Positions 42,452 to 51,838 of a DNA stretch of 64,000 nt are shown here, piece by piece. The stretch is taken from the NCBI GenBank assembly GCA_963702205.1, contig OY969724.1:3584001-3648000 (forward strand), read 5' to 3'. Both the position numbers and the translations under genes were made by a program. The number at the start of each line of letters is the position of its first letter. The stretch's first letter is position 1. The notes under the pieces are model-generated. The model was not told the origin of the DNA, ran no database searches, and worked only from the letters and a program-made list of their open reading frames with translations. The DNA comes from an uncultured candidate division Zixibacteria bacterium. Lineage in GTDB: Bacteria; Zixibacteria; MSB-5A5; GN15; PGXB01.

Positions 42452-43504
42452 TTATACGTTAAACCTGAACAGGATAACGTCGCCATCCTGAACCACATAG
42501 TCTTTTCCCTCTATATGAAGTTTGGCTGCGGCCTTTAGCGCCGGCAGCGTCTTGTGTACCATATAATCGTCATAAGTGGCGACTTCCGCCTTAATAAATC
42601 CGCGTTCGAAATCGGTATGAATGGCACCGGCGGCCTTGGGTGCCGGAGAGCCTTTCTTGATCGTCCACGCCCGGCATTCCGGTTCGCCGATGGTAAAAAA
42701 CGACATTAGCCCGAGAAGAGCGTACGATCGTTGAATAACCTTATCGATAACCGGTTTTGCAATACCGAGATCGTCGAGGAAGGCCTTGCGGTCTTCCGAA
42801 GCAAGCGAGGCCAGTTCCATCTCGATACTGGCGCAGACGACCACAATGTCGCGTCTGCCCTCAACCCGGTATTTTGAATAATCGCTGTATAATTTATCCG
42901 TATCGGGTAGCTTATCTTCGGAAATATTGAATACCAAAAGCTGCGGTTTCCGGCTTAAGAAAGCATAGCCGCGCAGTAACTTCCAGTCTTCGTCGCCGAG
43001 ATCGAGTTCGGAGACCATGCGTTCTTCATTGAGTATGTCCCGGCACTTTTCCAGAAGCTCCAATTCGCGGGCACGTTCTTTTTTTCCGGTAACTTTAATA
43101 ATTCGCGCGATCTTCTCGACGTTATTTTCCACGACGGCCATATCGGCCAGGATCATTTCCTCGGTTATTGTCTGCAGATCCTTTTCGGGGTTACGCTCGC
43201 CCGAAAAGGCATCGAGTACCAGTATAAAGGCATCCATCAGGCGCAGCTCGTTGGGGATGCTGATATTCCCTGATTGTTTGCCCTTGCCCGTAAAGGCGGC
43301 GGCATCGAGAAATTCTATTTCGGCATAAGTTACCTTTTTAGTCGTAACCAGCGTCGTAAGATCGTCGAGACGGCTGTCCGGTACTTTAATTATAGCGCGG
43401 TGTTCCTTTTGAGAAAAGTCGCCAACCTCGACGGCATTGCCCGAGGCGGCGTTAAACAGCGATGTTTTGCCCGATTGCGGTAGTCCTAATATTCCCAGTT
43501 TCAT
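42452..43504 (-). CDS. ychF: Redox-regulated ATPase YchF
   Basis: GLPQSGKTSLFNA, AAGAIHTDFERGFIKAEV and YVVQDGDVILFRFNV. Confidence 0.93.
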   Translation of the reverse strand: MKLGILGLPQSGKTSLFNAASGNAVEVGDFSQKEHRAIIKVPDSRLDDLTTLVTTKKVTYAEIEFLDAAAFTGKGKQSGNISIPNELRLMDAFILVLDAFSGERNPEKDLQTITEEMILADMAVVENNVEKIARIIKVTGKKERARELELLEKCRDILNEERMVSELDLGDEDWKLLRGYAFLSRKPQLLVFNISEDKLPDTDKLYSDYSKYRVEGRRDIVVVCASIEMELASLASEDRKAFLDDLGIAKPVIDKVIQRSYALLGLMSFFTIGEPECRAWTIKKGSPAPKAAGAIHTDFERGFIKAEVATYDDYMVHKTLPALKAAAKLHIEGKDYVVQDGDVILFRFNV

Positions 43505-43508
43505 AGCC

Positions 43509-44381
43509 TTATTTCACAGCGTCCTGTGTTTCCTTTACTTTGATTAACGATCGTAGCGTTTTCATGTTTTCAATGTCTTCTTTATAATCCGAACCCTTTG
43601 ACGTTTCCAGAATCATCGGGACGCGCCTCAGGCGGCTGTCGTTCATGATAAACCTGAACGGCTCGATACCCATCATCCCCTTGCCGATATGTTCGTGGCG
43701 GTCTTTGCGCTGTCCGAACGGCCGAATAGAATCGTTGAGATGAAATACATTGAGATATTTATAGCCGATTAAGTTGTTAAAATTCTTCATCGTTGCCTTG
43801 TATTCTTTTTCGGTTTGCATGGCATAACCGGCTCCGAACATGTGGCACGAATCGAGACATACGCCGATACGGTTCTTGTCTTCGACCATGTCGATAACCG
43901 CCGCCAGATGCTCGAACTTATAGCCGAGGTTGGTCCCCTGTCCCGCCGTAATTTCAAGACAGACCACGGTTTTGATATTTGGCAGTTCCGAGAGCAGGCG
44001 GTTAAGGGCACGACCGATTCGTTTCAAACCGGCTTCTTCGCCGGAACCGACGTGCGAGCCGGGGTGCATGACGATATTGGGCAGCTTGAGAGTGTCGCAG
44101 CGCTCGTACTCTTCTTTCATCGAAGCGTACGATTTCTCCCACAAATCATCGTTGGGAGAAGCGAGGTTAATCAAATAGCTGTTGTGCGCGCAGGCTGCGG
44201 TTACCCCGGTTTCCTTCTGTTCCGACAGAAAAAGCGATACTTCTTCATCGGTCAGCGGCTTGGCGCGCCATTGATTGGGCTGCCTGGTGAAAATTTGAAC
44301 GACGTCGCACCCCGCCGACGCACCGTGCCGGACGGCATTAAAAACACCGCCCGCGATTGACATATGTGAACCTAACGGCAT
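43509..44381 (-). CDS. nfo: Endonuclease IV
   Basis: GSHMSIAGG, YLINLAS, HPGSH, EITAGQG and HLNDS...DRHEHIG. Confidence 0.95.
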   Translation of the reverse strand: MPLGSHMSIAGGVFNAVRHGASAGCDVVQIFTRQPNQWRAKPLTDEEVSLFLSEQKETGVTAACAHNSYLINLASPNDDLWEKSYASMKEEYERCDTLKLPNIVMHPGSHVGSGEEAGLKRIGRALNRLLSELPNIKTVVCLEITAGQGTNLGYKFEHLAAVIDMVEDKNRIGVCLDSCHMFGAGYAMQTEKEYKATMKNFNNLIGYKYLNVFHLNDSIRPFGQRKDRHEHIGKGMMGIEPFRFIMNDSRLRRVPMILETSKGSDYKEDIENMKTLRSLIKVKETQDAVK

Positions 44382-44756
44382 TGCTGTCTGATCCTTTCTA
44401 TATTCAAAACAAACCCCGGAAACGCATCGGGGTTCATATTATAGATATAAATTTCCCCGGCGGCAATCAACCATTTTACAAACTCGGGTGTTCTTTTTAA
44501 CCTTAGAATTTGAGCTATCATGTATGGGGAAATTCCCACAACTTAATTTGATTTCGAGCTTTCATTCTGTCAGCACAGCGGGCCGCGGCTATTTTAATCA
44601 TTTTCGAGACACATAGCCAATCTCTTGAAATTCACGAACTTGTGCTGCGTCACAGCTCATTTCAGGATCAAAATATCGACAAAATCCACAATTGTTTCAA
44701 TTTGGCAGGCCATTTTCAACATATCCGGGAAAAGAATATTACGAGAGGTTTTTAAT

Positions 44757-45116
44757 ATGAAGAAAATCAGATCCGATGAAGGCTTCACAATCCTCGAAGT
44801 CATGGTTGCCCTCATTATTTTATCCGTGTCGCTCCTGATGCTGCTGCACATGGCTATGATCGCAATCGATGGCAACGACTGGTCCAATCAGGCGACCCGC
44901 TCCACACAACTTTTGCAGGAAAAACTGGAAGAGTTGCGGACGGATATGCTTTTATCAAACGGTGTCGATACGGTCGACAATATTTCCCGTTCCTGGAGCG
45001 TTTCCAATTCATCCAATCATCTGCGGCGGGTGGATATCACCGCCTCCTGGCAGAATCGACGTGGAGACATGCTGAATAATTCAATGACGGCTTTTATAAG
45101 AACCGACAGTCTTTAA
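44757..45116 (+). CDS. Type IV minor pilin, PilV-like
   Basis: Class III signal peptide EG|FTILEVMVAL and RBS GAGG. Confidence 0.85.
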   Translation: MKKIRSDEGFTILEVMVALIILSVSLLMLLHMAMIAIDGNDWSNQATRSTQLLQEKLEELRTDMLLSNGVDTVDNISRSWSVSNSSNHLRRVDITASWQNRRGDMLNNSMTAFIRTDSL

Positions 45117-45126
45117 GAGGTATGCT

Positions 45127-45948
45127 ATGAGGGAATTAAAACTTAAAATAAAATGCATCGGGGGGTTTTCCCTGCTGGAAGCCTTGATCGCAATGGTTTT
45201 GGCCGGAATCGTTACGACGGCCATTTTTAAAGTATATGTCAATCAGCACAAAAACTGGAACCAGCAGGAAGAAATCATCGATATGCAGCAAAACGTCCGC
45301 GCCGCCATCGATGAACTTACCCGACAGATTCGTATGGCCGGGTTCGGGCTGCCGCTGCAGCTCGACGGTATCGAGGCCTATAATACAAATCCCGATACGA
45401 TCGTGCTCAACTATTCCGACGCCGGCTGTGACGCCACCATCGAGCATAAGATGCCCAATCCGTCGGCTGAACTTCGTTGCGACGGGCACGATGTCTCCTG
45501 TTTCTGGGACGGACAGTGGGCGTACATTTTCGATCCGGATTCGGGCGGCGGTGAGTTTTTCGAAATAACACAAGTGCAAACGGGGTCATCACACATTCAG
45601 CACAATACCATGTCTCTGACCAAAGCATACGACGCCGGCGCCATAATTTTGTCTTTGAACCATGTTAAGTTTTACATAGATCGCTCGGATACCCTGCATC
45701 CTAATCTCATGATGGAACTTCCCGGACAGGCTCCTCAAGTCTATGCGGAAAATATCACCGACCTGCAAATTCAATATGTGATGAAGAACGGGGCGATCCT
45801 GGATCAACCAGCCATACCCGAAGATATTCGTCAGGTAATTATAAATATCACGGCTCGCACCAGCGATCCCGATATCGATCTGCCGGGTCGACCGTACCGA
45901 ACGAGAAGTATTTCGTCATCGGTGAACGTGCGAAACCTTGACGTTTAG
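45127..45948 (+). CDS. Type IV minor pilin, PilW-like (copy 1)
   Basis: G|FSLLEALIAM, QIRMAGF, AENITDLQ and a C-terminal VNVRNL. Confidence 0.88.
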   Translation: MRELKLKIKCIGGFSLLEALIAMVLAGIVTTAIFKVYVNQHKNWNQQEEIIDMQQNVRAAIDELTRQIRMAGFGLPLQLDGIEAYNTNPDTIVLNYSDAGCDATIEHKMPNPSAELRCDGHDVSCFWDGQWAYIFDPDSGGGEFFEITQVQTGSSHIQHNTMSLTKAYDAGAIILSLNHVKFYIDRSDTLHPNLMMELPGQAPQVYAENITDLQIQYVMKNGAILDQPAIPEDIRQVIINITARTSDPDIDLPGRPYRTRSISSSVNVRNLDV

Positions 45949-46153
45949 GAACACAAGAAATCGGTAACAAAATGGTTACAATATGGAATTCTCGGATACA
46001 ATCAACATTCCCAGCGGGGTAGCATCCATGTCAGCCTGGGTGGTTACTAAGGTAACCCTGTCAATTCCGGCTGCCCGAAATCAAGACTGCAGCGAACGCA
46101 CTTTTACGCTGGTTCACACAGGGCAGTGCGAATTGCCATGAATGAGGTACGCT

Positions 46154-46975
46154 ATGCAGAAGTTCAAACTCAAACTGAACGGAATTTCGGGATTCACCCT
46201 CCTGGAAGCCCTGATCGCAATGGTCCTGGCCGGAATCGTGACGACCGCGATATTTAAGGTATATGTCAATCAACACGAAAACTGGAATCAGCAGGAAGAA
46301 ATTATCGATATGCAGCAGAACGTCCGCGCCGCTATCGGTGAATTGACCAGGCAGATTCGCATGGCCGGTTTCGGGCTGCCGTTACAGGTCGACGGCATCG
46401 AAGCCTATGACTCCAATCCGGACACGCTGATTGTGAACTACGCCAATGGCGACGATAATGCCACGGTCGAATACTCTATGAGCAGCATCTCATCCGAAAT
46501 ACGTTGCGACGGGCACGACCTCTCCTTTTTCCACCCCGGACAATGGGCCTATATATTCAATCCGGATTCCGGCGGTGGAGAGTTTTTTGAGGTATCTCAG
46601 GTTTTGTCCGGACCATCGCGTCTTCAGCACAGTACTATGGACCTGTCCGAGGCTTACGCATCCGGTTCAGTCGTTATGCTGCTAAACCGCGTTAAATTCT
46701 TTCTCGATAATTCCGATACCCTGCATCCCAGCCTGATGATGCAGCTTCCCGGCCAGGCCGCGCAGGTTTATGCCGAGAATATCACGGACCTGCAATTTTA
46801 TTATGTCATGAAAAATCGGGCGGTGGTCGCTCAACCGGCCATACCGGAAGACGTGCGCGAAGTAGTCGTCACCATTACGGCCCGAACCGATAAGGCTGAT
46901 GCGGAAATCGCCGGGCAGCCGTACCGGACCCGGACGATCACGTCGGCCGTCAACGTTCGCAACCTTGATATATAA
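46154..46975 (+). CDS. Type IV minor pilin, PilW-like (copy 2)
   Basis: G|FTLLEALIAM, close paralog of 45127..45948. Confidence 0.88.
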   Translation: MQKFKLKLNGISGFTLLEALIAMVLAGIVTTAIFKVYVNQHENWNQQEEIIDMQQNVRAAIGELTRQIRMAGFGLPLQVDGIEAYDSNPDTLIVNYANGDDNATVEYSMSSISSEIRCDGHDLSFFHPGQWAYIFNPDSGGGEFFEVSQVLSGPSRLQHSTMDLSEAYASGSVVMLLNRVKFFLDNSDTLHPSLMMQLPGQAAQVYAENITDLQFYYVMKNRAVVAQPAIPEDVREVVVTITARTDKADAEIAGQPYRTRTITSAVNVRNLDI

Positions 46976-47011
46976 AATATTTTTGCACTCTGATACAAGG
47001 CAGGTGAGAAC

Positions 47012-48637
47012 ATGAAATACTTTAAGCCTATCAAAAACTCACGTGGTGTGGCGACCCTGATAGCCCTGATGGTCATGATAATGCTGACCGTCGTGGGTCT
47101 GGCCGCCCTCAAACTGGCCGACGATGAAATAACCATCGCCGGTAACGAGCTCAACGAGATGTCATCGTTTTACGCGGCCGAGGCCGGGCTGGAAACGGCG
47201 GCGGCGGCCATGCAGACGCAGTACGAGGCGACCGGTGTGCCGCCGACAACTTTGCCGTCGGGCACGGCCAACGTCAATGACTGCGTGGTCGCGTACCGTA
47301 CCACTGACGGTGGCGCCGCCACACAGGAAGTCCTCACGCAGGGAGCCCTGGCGGGACTGCATTCCCTCGTCAAGCGGTTTACCATTACCTCGACCTCGAA
47401 CTCGAATATCGATAACTCGTCGGTGACCCTGGTCCAGGACTGGCAATGTGACATGGTGCCGATATTCCAGTTTGCCGTCTTTTACGGAAACGACCTCGAA
47501 ATCGCCCCTGGCGCCGACATGACGCTAATCGGGCGGGTCCATTCCAATGGCAACATGTGGCTGCAGGCGGCGTCGAACCTGTCCATGGACAGTTATGTAA
47601 CCTGTTCGGGGGATCTGCTGCACGGACGAAAAGGCCCGGGATCGACAGATAACGGCAACGTCATGATCAAGGATGAAAACGGCGTCCACCAGAATATGAA
47701 AAACTCCGACGGCTCATTCCTCGAAGCGTCCGATGCCAACTGGTACGATTCTGCCTCCTCGCGCTGGGGCGGCCGGGTACAGGATCACGCCTTCGGGCAG
47801 GGTGAATTGAACCTCCCGCTGACCAACGTCGGCGACCCGCACAAGCTGATCGAACGCGCCTCCGGCAATCCCGATTCTTACGAGAATAATGCCGACCTCC
47901 GAATAATCGACGGCTCTGTCGAAGCCAAAGTTGCGGGGACGTGGGTCGACGTCACCGGGGCCATGCCGGCCGGTACGGTCACGAACAAGACTTTTTATGA
48001 CGGCCGTGAAGGGACTAATGTCTCGGCGACCGAAATAGACGTATCCGCATTGAAGACTTCGGCCTATTGGCCGACCAGCGGCGTCATATATTTCTCCGAC
48101 GAAAGATCCGGTTTTAACGCCGCTCGCCTGGTCAACGGGTCAGACGTCGGACAACCGATGTCATTCTTCTCGGAAAACCCGGTCTATGTCGAAGGTGATT
48201 TCAACACCGTCAACAAGCAGCCCTGCGCCATCGCCGGAGACGCCGTGACGTTTCTTTCCAACAGCTGGAATGACTCCAAGTCCAGTTGGGCGAAGGACTA
48301 TCGTGTGGCTTCCCAAACGACCGTGAATGCTTCTATCATGACGGGTAACACGAATACCACTTCGTCGAACTACAACGGCGGTCTGGAAAACCTGCCGCGT
48401 TTTCTGGAAGTCTGGACCAACAAGAAATTCATCTGGAAAGGCTCGATGGTTAACCTGTGGAATTCCCAACAGGCGACGGGTAACTGGAACGGTACTTATT
48501 ACAGCCCGCCGATTCGTGAGTGGTCTTATGACGTAGATCTGGATGATCCCACTAAGCTGCCGCCGGAAACACCGATGGTGCGTGTCTTCCAGAGAACCGG
48601 ATGGCAACAGACCAATATCAGTTACGCGGGCAATTAG
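47012..48637 (+). CDS. PilX-like minor pilin with large C-terminal domain (copy 1)
   Basis: RG|VATLIALMV (no Glu5, as in PilX), SFYAAEAGLE, FQFAVFY and NGGLENLPRFLE. Confidence 0.82.
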   Translation: MKYFKPIKNSRGVATLIALMVMIMLTVVGLAALKLADDEITIAGNELNEMSSFYAAEAGLETAAAAMQTQYEATGVPPTTLPSGTANVNDCVVAYRTTDGGAATQEVLTQGALAGLHSLVKRFTITSTSNSNIDNSSVTLVQDWQCDMVPIFQFAVFYGNDLEIAPGADMTLIGRVHSNGNMWLQAASNLSMDSYVTCSGDLLHGRKGPGSTDNGNVMIKDENGVHQNMKNSDGSFLEASDANWYDSASSRWGGRVQDHAFGQGELNLPLTNVGDPHKLIERASGNPDSYENNADLRIIDGSVEAKVAGTWVDVTGAMPAGTVTNKTFYDGREGTNVSATEIDVSALKTSAYWPTSGVIYFSDERSGFNAARLVNGSDVGQPMSFFSENPVYVEGDFNTVNKQPCAIAGDAVTFLSNSWNDSKSSWAKDYRVASQTTVNASIMTGNTNTTSSNYNGGLENLPRFLEVWTNKKFIWKGSMVNLWNSQQATGNWNGTYYSPPIREWSYDVDLDDPTKLPPETPMVRVFQRTGWQQTNISYAGN

Positions 48638-48687
48638 GGACGGGCTCTCTGACGACGCGATATAATACGGACAAGGAGAAAGTTCTC

Positions 48688-50364
48688 ATGCGGCAAATCA
48701 AAAAACTCAAGGAAAGAGACGGCATTGCCACCCTGGTTGCATTGATGGTTATGATTATGCTGACTCTAATCGGCCTGGCGGCCCTTAAACTGGCCAACGA
48801 TGAAATATCCATCGCCGGCAATGAATTGAACGAGATGAATTCGTTTTACTCTTCGGAGGCGGGACTCGAAATAGCCTCGGCTGCGATACAAAGCTATTAC
48901 GATACGTACAAAGCCCCGCCTCCGCAGGAATACCTTCCAACCGGCTCCCAGGGCATCGGGAACGGCGGATCGGTATCGTATGTCACTACCGATGACGGCC
49001 CGGCATCGCTGCAACGTCTGACTACCGGTGATTTTGTCGGGCTTCACGCCCAGCTTAAATCGTACACCATTGAATCCATCGGGACGTCCTTAGTCGACGG
49101 ATCTCAGGTAAGACTGAATCAGAGTTTTCAATGCGCCAACGTCCCTCTGTTTCAGTTTGCGGTTTTCTACATGAATGACATGTACACGCAGCCCGCAGAC
49201 AATATGGATATATCCGGCCGGGTCCATGTCAACGGCAGCATGTACTTACGCTCCTCCACCAGGGGCAAAGAGTTGACGTTCGACGGCAAAGTAACCTGCT
49301 CCGGAGATATACACGAGGGTTTCGGCGGCAGCGGCAGTGTCGGCGACATACTGTTCAAAGACGGTTCCGGCGATATGGTCAGCATGTTGCAGGATGGTCG
49401 CTGGGTTGACGCCGATGATCCGGACTGGTACAATAAAGCCTCACAGCTCTGGCAGGGGCAGGTCAAAGACAAGGCTTTCGGCCAGTCGCCTTTGAATATT
49501 CCTCTGTCCAGTGGCACTGACCCGTATCAATTGATACAGCGCGCCGCCGGGGGTAACGGCGATTCGTTCGAAGACAAAGCCACCCTCAAAATTATCGATG
49601 GTGTGCCCTATTCGAAAATAGGCAGTGTCTGGCAGGACGTCAGCGCCATGCTGCCCGCCGGGACGGTCAAACAGGACGCGACGACGTCGTTCTATGACAA
49701 CCATGAGTACAAATGGGTGAACAATACCCAGGTAGACCTCGGTTTGCTTTCGAGCAGTGCCTATTTCCCTGACAACGGGGTCATATATATTTCGGATCAT
49801 CAGAGCTCCGGGTCCACCATGAACGGTGCGACTCTGGTCAACGGCGATGAACTCGCCGACGGTATGACGGTCGCGTGCGAAAACCCGCTCTACATACAGG
49901 GCGATTTCAACACGACCGATAAAAAACCGGCCGCGGCTATCTGCGATGCCATTACGTTTTTATCCAACGGCTGGGACAAAAACTACGCCACCCCCAGTGC
50001 CAATTATAAGAATCGTACCGCCGACCCTACGGCGTACAACATCTCCTTTATTACCGGCGACGGTAACCATACCAGCCATGAGTACAACGGCGGTCTCGCC
50101 AATCTTCCCCGATATCTGGAACACTGGAACGGCCAGACGGTGACGATTCGCGGTTCCATGATCGAAGGCTGGCGTTCGCGCCAGGCAACCGAAGACTGGC
50201 GTTACCTGTCCGATCCCAATCCGTACTATTCGGCGCCGAGCCGCGATTACGGCTTCGACACCGACCTGAACGATCCGAGCAAACTGCCCCCGGAAACGCC
50301 GTCGATTCGCGTTTTCCAGAGAACCGGCTGGCAGCAGGGGGACGTCGGCATGGCGAGCAATTAA
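48688..50364 (+). CDS. PilX-like minor pilin with large C-terminal domain (copy 2)
   Basis: DG|IATLVALMV, SFYSSEAGLE, FQFAVFY, NGGLANLPRYLE and RBS AAGGAG. Confidence 0.82.
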   Translation: MRQIKKLKERDGIATLVALMVMIMLTLIGLAALKLANDEISIAGNELNEMNSFYSSEAGLEIASAAIQSYYDTYKAPPPQEYLPTGSQGIGNGGSVSYVTTDDGPASLQRLTTGDFVGLHAQLKSYTIESIGTSLVDGSQVRLNQSFQCANVPLFQFAVFYMNDMYTQPADNMDISGRVHVNGSMYLRSSTRGKELTFDGKVTCSGDIHEGFGGSGSVGDILFKDGSGDMVSMLQDGRWVDADDPDWYNKASQLWQGQVKDKAFGQSPLNIPLSSGTDPYQLIQRAAGGNGDSFEDKATLKIIDGVPYSKIGSVWQDVSAMLPAGTVKQDATTSFYDNHEYKWVNNTQVDLGLLSSSAYFPDNGVIYISDHQSSGSTMNGATLVNGDELADGMTVACENPLYIQGDFNTTDKKPAAAICDAITFLSNGWDKNYATPSANYKNRTADPTAYNISFITGDGNHTSHEYNGGLANLPRYLEHWNGQTVTIRGSMIEGWRSRQATEDWRYLSDPNPYYSAPSRDYGFDTDLNDPSKLPPETPSIRVFQRTGWQQGDVGMASN

Positions 50365-50395
50365 CGGCGACGTGACAAACATAAAATACGCATAA

Positions 50396-50426
50396 AGAAA
50401 ACCCCGGTTTCGGCCGGGGTTTTTCT
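50396..50426. terminator. Bidirectional terminator
   Basis: AAAACCCCGG-TTTCGG-CCGGGGTTTTT between convergent genes. Confidence 0.8.
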
Positions 50427-50446
50427 TCGTATGCATCAAATATTTT

Positions 50447-51829
50447 TCATTCGGAACCCGGCGACATTAAAGTCACCGGCGCGATTTCGTTTAAATCACG
50501 TTTGAGTTGGTCGGGAGGACCGGCGATAAATATTGTCATTTTGGCCGGATCAAAGAAAGTCCTGGCGAATTCACGCAGTTGATCGGGCGTCACTTTGTCT
50601 ATTTCCCTGATAACCTGTTCGGGGAATTTCACGTCCTGATCACAGGCGGCATTTTCGGCGATGTTGTTCACGGCATCAGCAAATGAAGCATAATTGCGAA
50701 TCTGGCTCCCGGAAAAATAATTTTTGGCTTCCTGAAGCTCCACGACGGGTATCTTAATTTCGCCGAGTATCTTCATGGCATCCATCGTACCCTGAAGGGC
50801 ATCGGCCGAAGATTCCACGAAAGCCCCGCCGTGCACATAAAACATGCCTCCAAGACGAGAACACTCGGCGTAGGAACCTATGAAGGTGCAGGTTGCGGCG
50901 TCGCGGACCAGGTCCTGAGACAGCCGGGAAATTTTCCCGCCACCTCCGAGAATGTAATTCAAAACCAGAAGCTTGGCATAGTCGGCCATCCCCGGAACCA
51001 CGGCCGGACGCCCCATAACGAACTCCCCGATGGTCATGCCGGGATTGCCTATCAGATAAATTTCCAGCGAGTCGGGATATTGCACGTTTGAGATCGGTTG
51101 ACAAATATCATCGCCCGGCGACCAGGCGTCGAAAATTTTGTGCATCAGCTTTTTCAAGGTGTTTTTGTCGAAATCACCTCCAATAACCAGTTCGGCGTTA
51201 TTGGGCCGGTAATTCCGGGTGTAGCTGGAAATGATGTCATCTTTCGTTATGTTTTGAAGGCCCGCTACGGTACCATAAGGATTCAAGCCGTACCCGGCAT
51301 CGCCGTAATACCGATTGTATAAGTCCTGCACCAGCGCGTCCGAATGAGCCGATTCGGACAGGCTCAGAATCGAAATCAGGCGCCGTCGCATCCGGTTGAT
51401 GTCCTTGTCCCGAAAGTCGGCGTTCATGACCATATCACCGAGACAGTTCAGCCCGGTTTTGAGGTCCCGCGAGAGAAAATCCCCGGTGATGAAACAGACG
51501 TCGCGCCCGACGTTCGTCACGAGCGTTCCCCCCACCGAATCGACGACAAGATTCATATTGCCGTCGGGATAATTCTTCGTGTTTTCTTTTAAAATCTCCA
51601 GAACCATAACCGTCAAGCCCGATTTGGCCGAGTCGCAGGAAGAACCAGGCATGATATTCATACGAAAATTTACCATCGGCTGACGATGGTCTTCTATCAT
51701 GATAACGTGCAGGCCGTTTTTCAGCTTGAATTCCGAGTATTTCGGCAGAAAAGATTCGGCCGCAAGCGAAGACGCCAGAAGCACCATAAAAACAGGCAGA
51801 ATCGAGAATTTCTTTATATTCCGCATCAT
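50447..51829 (-). CDS. M16-family protein, non-catalytic
   Basis: LKNGLHVIMIEDH, NYRPNNAELVIGGDFD and LGGGGKISRL. No HXXEH. Confidence 0.85.
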   Translation of the reverse strand: MMRNIKKFSILPVFMVLLASSLAAESFLPKYSEFKLKNGLHVIMIEDHRQPMVNFRMNIMPGSSCDSAKSGLTVMVLEILKENTKNYPDGNMNLVVDSVGGTLVTNVGRDVCFITGDFLSRDLKTGLNCLGDMVMNADFRDKDINRMRRRLISILSLSESAHSDALVQDLYNRYYGDAGYGLNPYGTVAGLQNITKDDIISSYTRNYRPNNAELVIGGDFDKNTLKKLMHKIFDAWSPGDDICQPISNVQYPDSLEIYLIGNPGMTIGEFVMGRPAVVPGMADYAKLLVLNYILGGGGKISRLSQDLVRDAATCTFIGSYAECSRLGGMFYVHGGAFVESSADALQGTMDAMKILGEIKIPVVELQEAKNYFSGSQIRNYASFADAVNNIAENAACDQDVKFPEQVIREIDKVTPDQLREFARTFFDPAKMTIFIAGPPDQLKRDLNEIAPVTLMSPGSE

Positions 51830-51838
51830 AGGCGTATC

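Noticed and set aside
44703..44718. sigma54-like motif TGGCAGGCCATTTTCA before pilV
   Set aside because: The -12 element is TC rather than GC. Plausible but too weak to call.
45949..46153. c-di-GMP-I riboswitch between the pilW copies
   Set aside because: The diagnostic GGCAAAC...GAAA...GACGCAAA pattern is not present. Kept only as an unexplained structured spacer.
45127..50364. DGR or shufflon explanation for the pilin duplications
   Set aside because: No reverse transcriptase or recombinase in the window. Differences are spread across codons rather than adenine-specific, and both copies are full genes.
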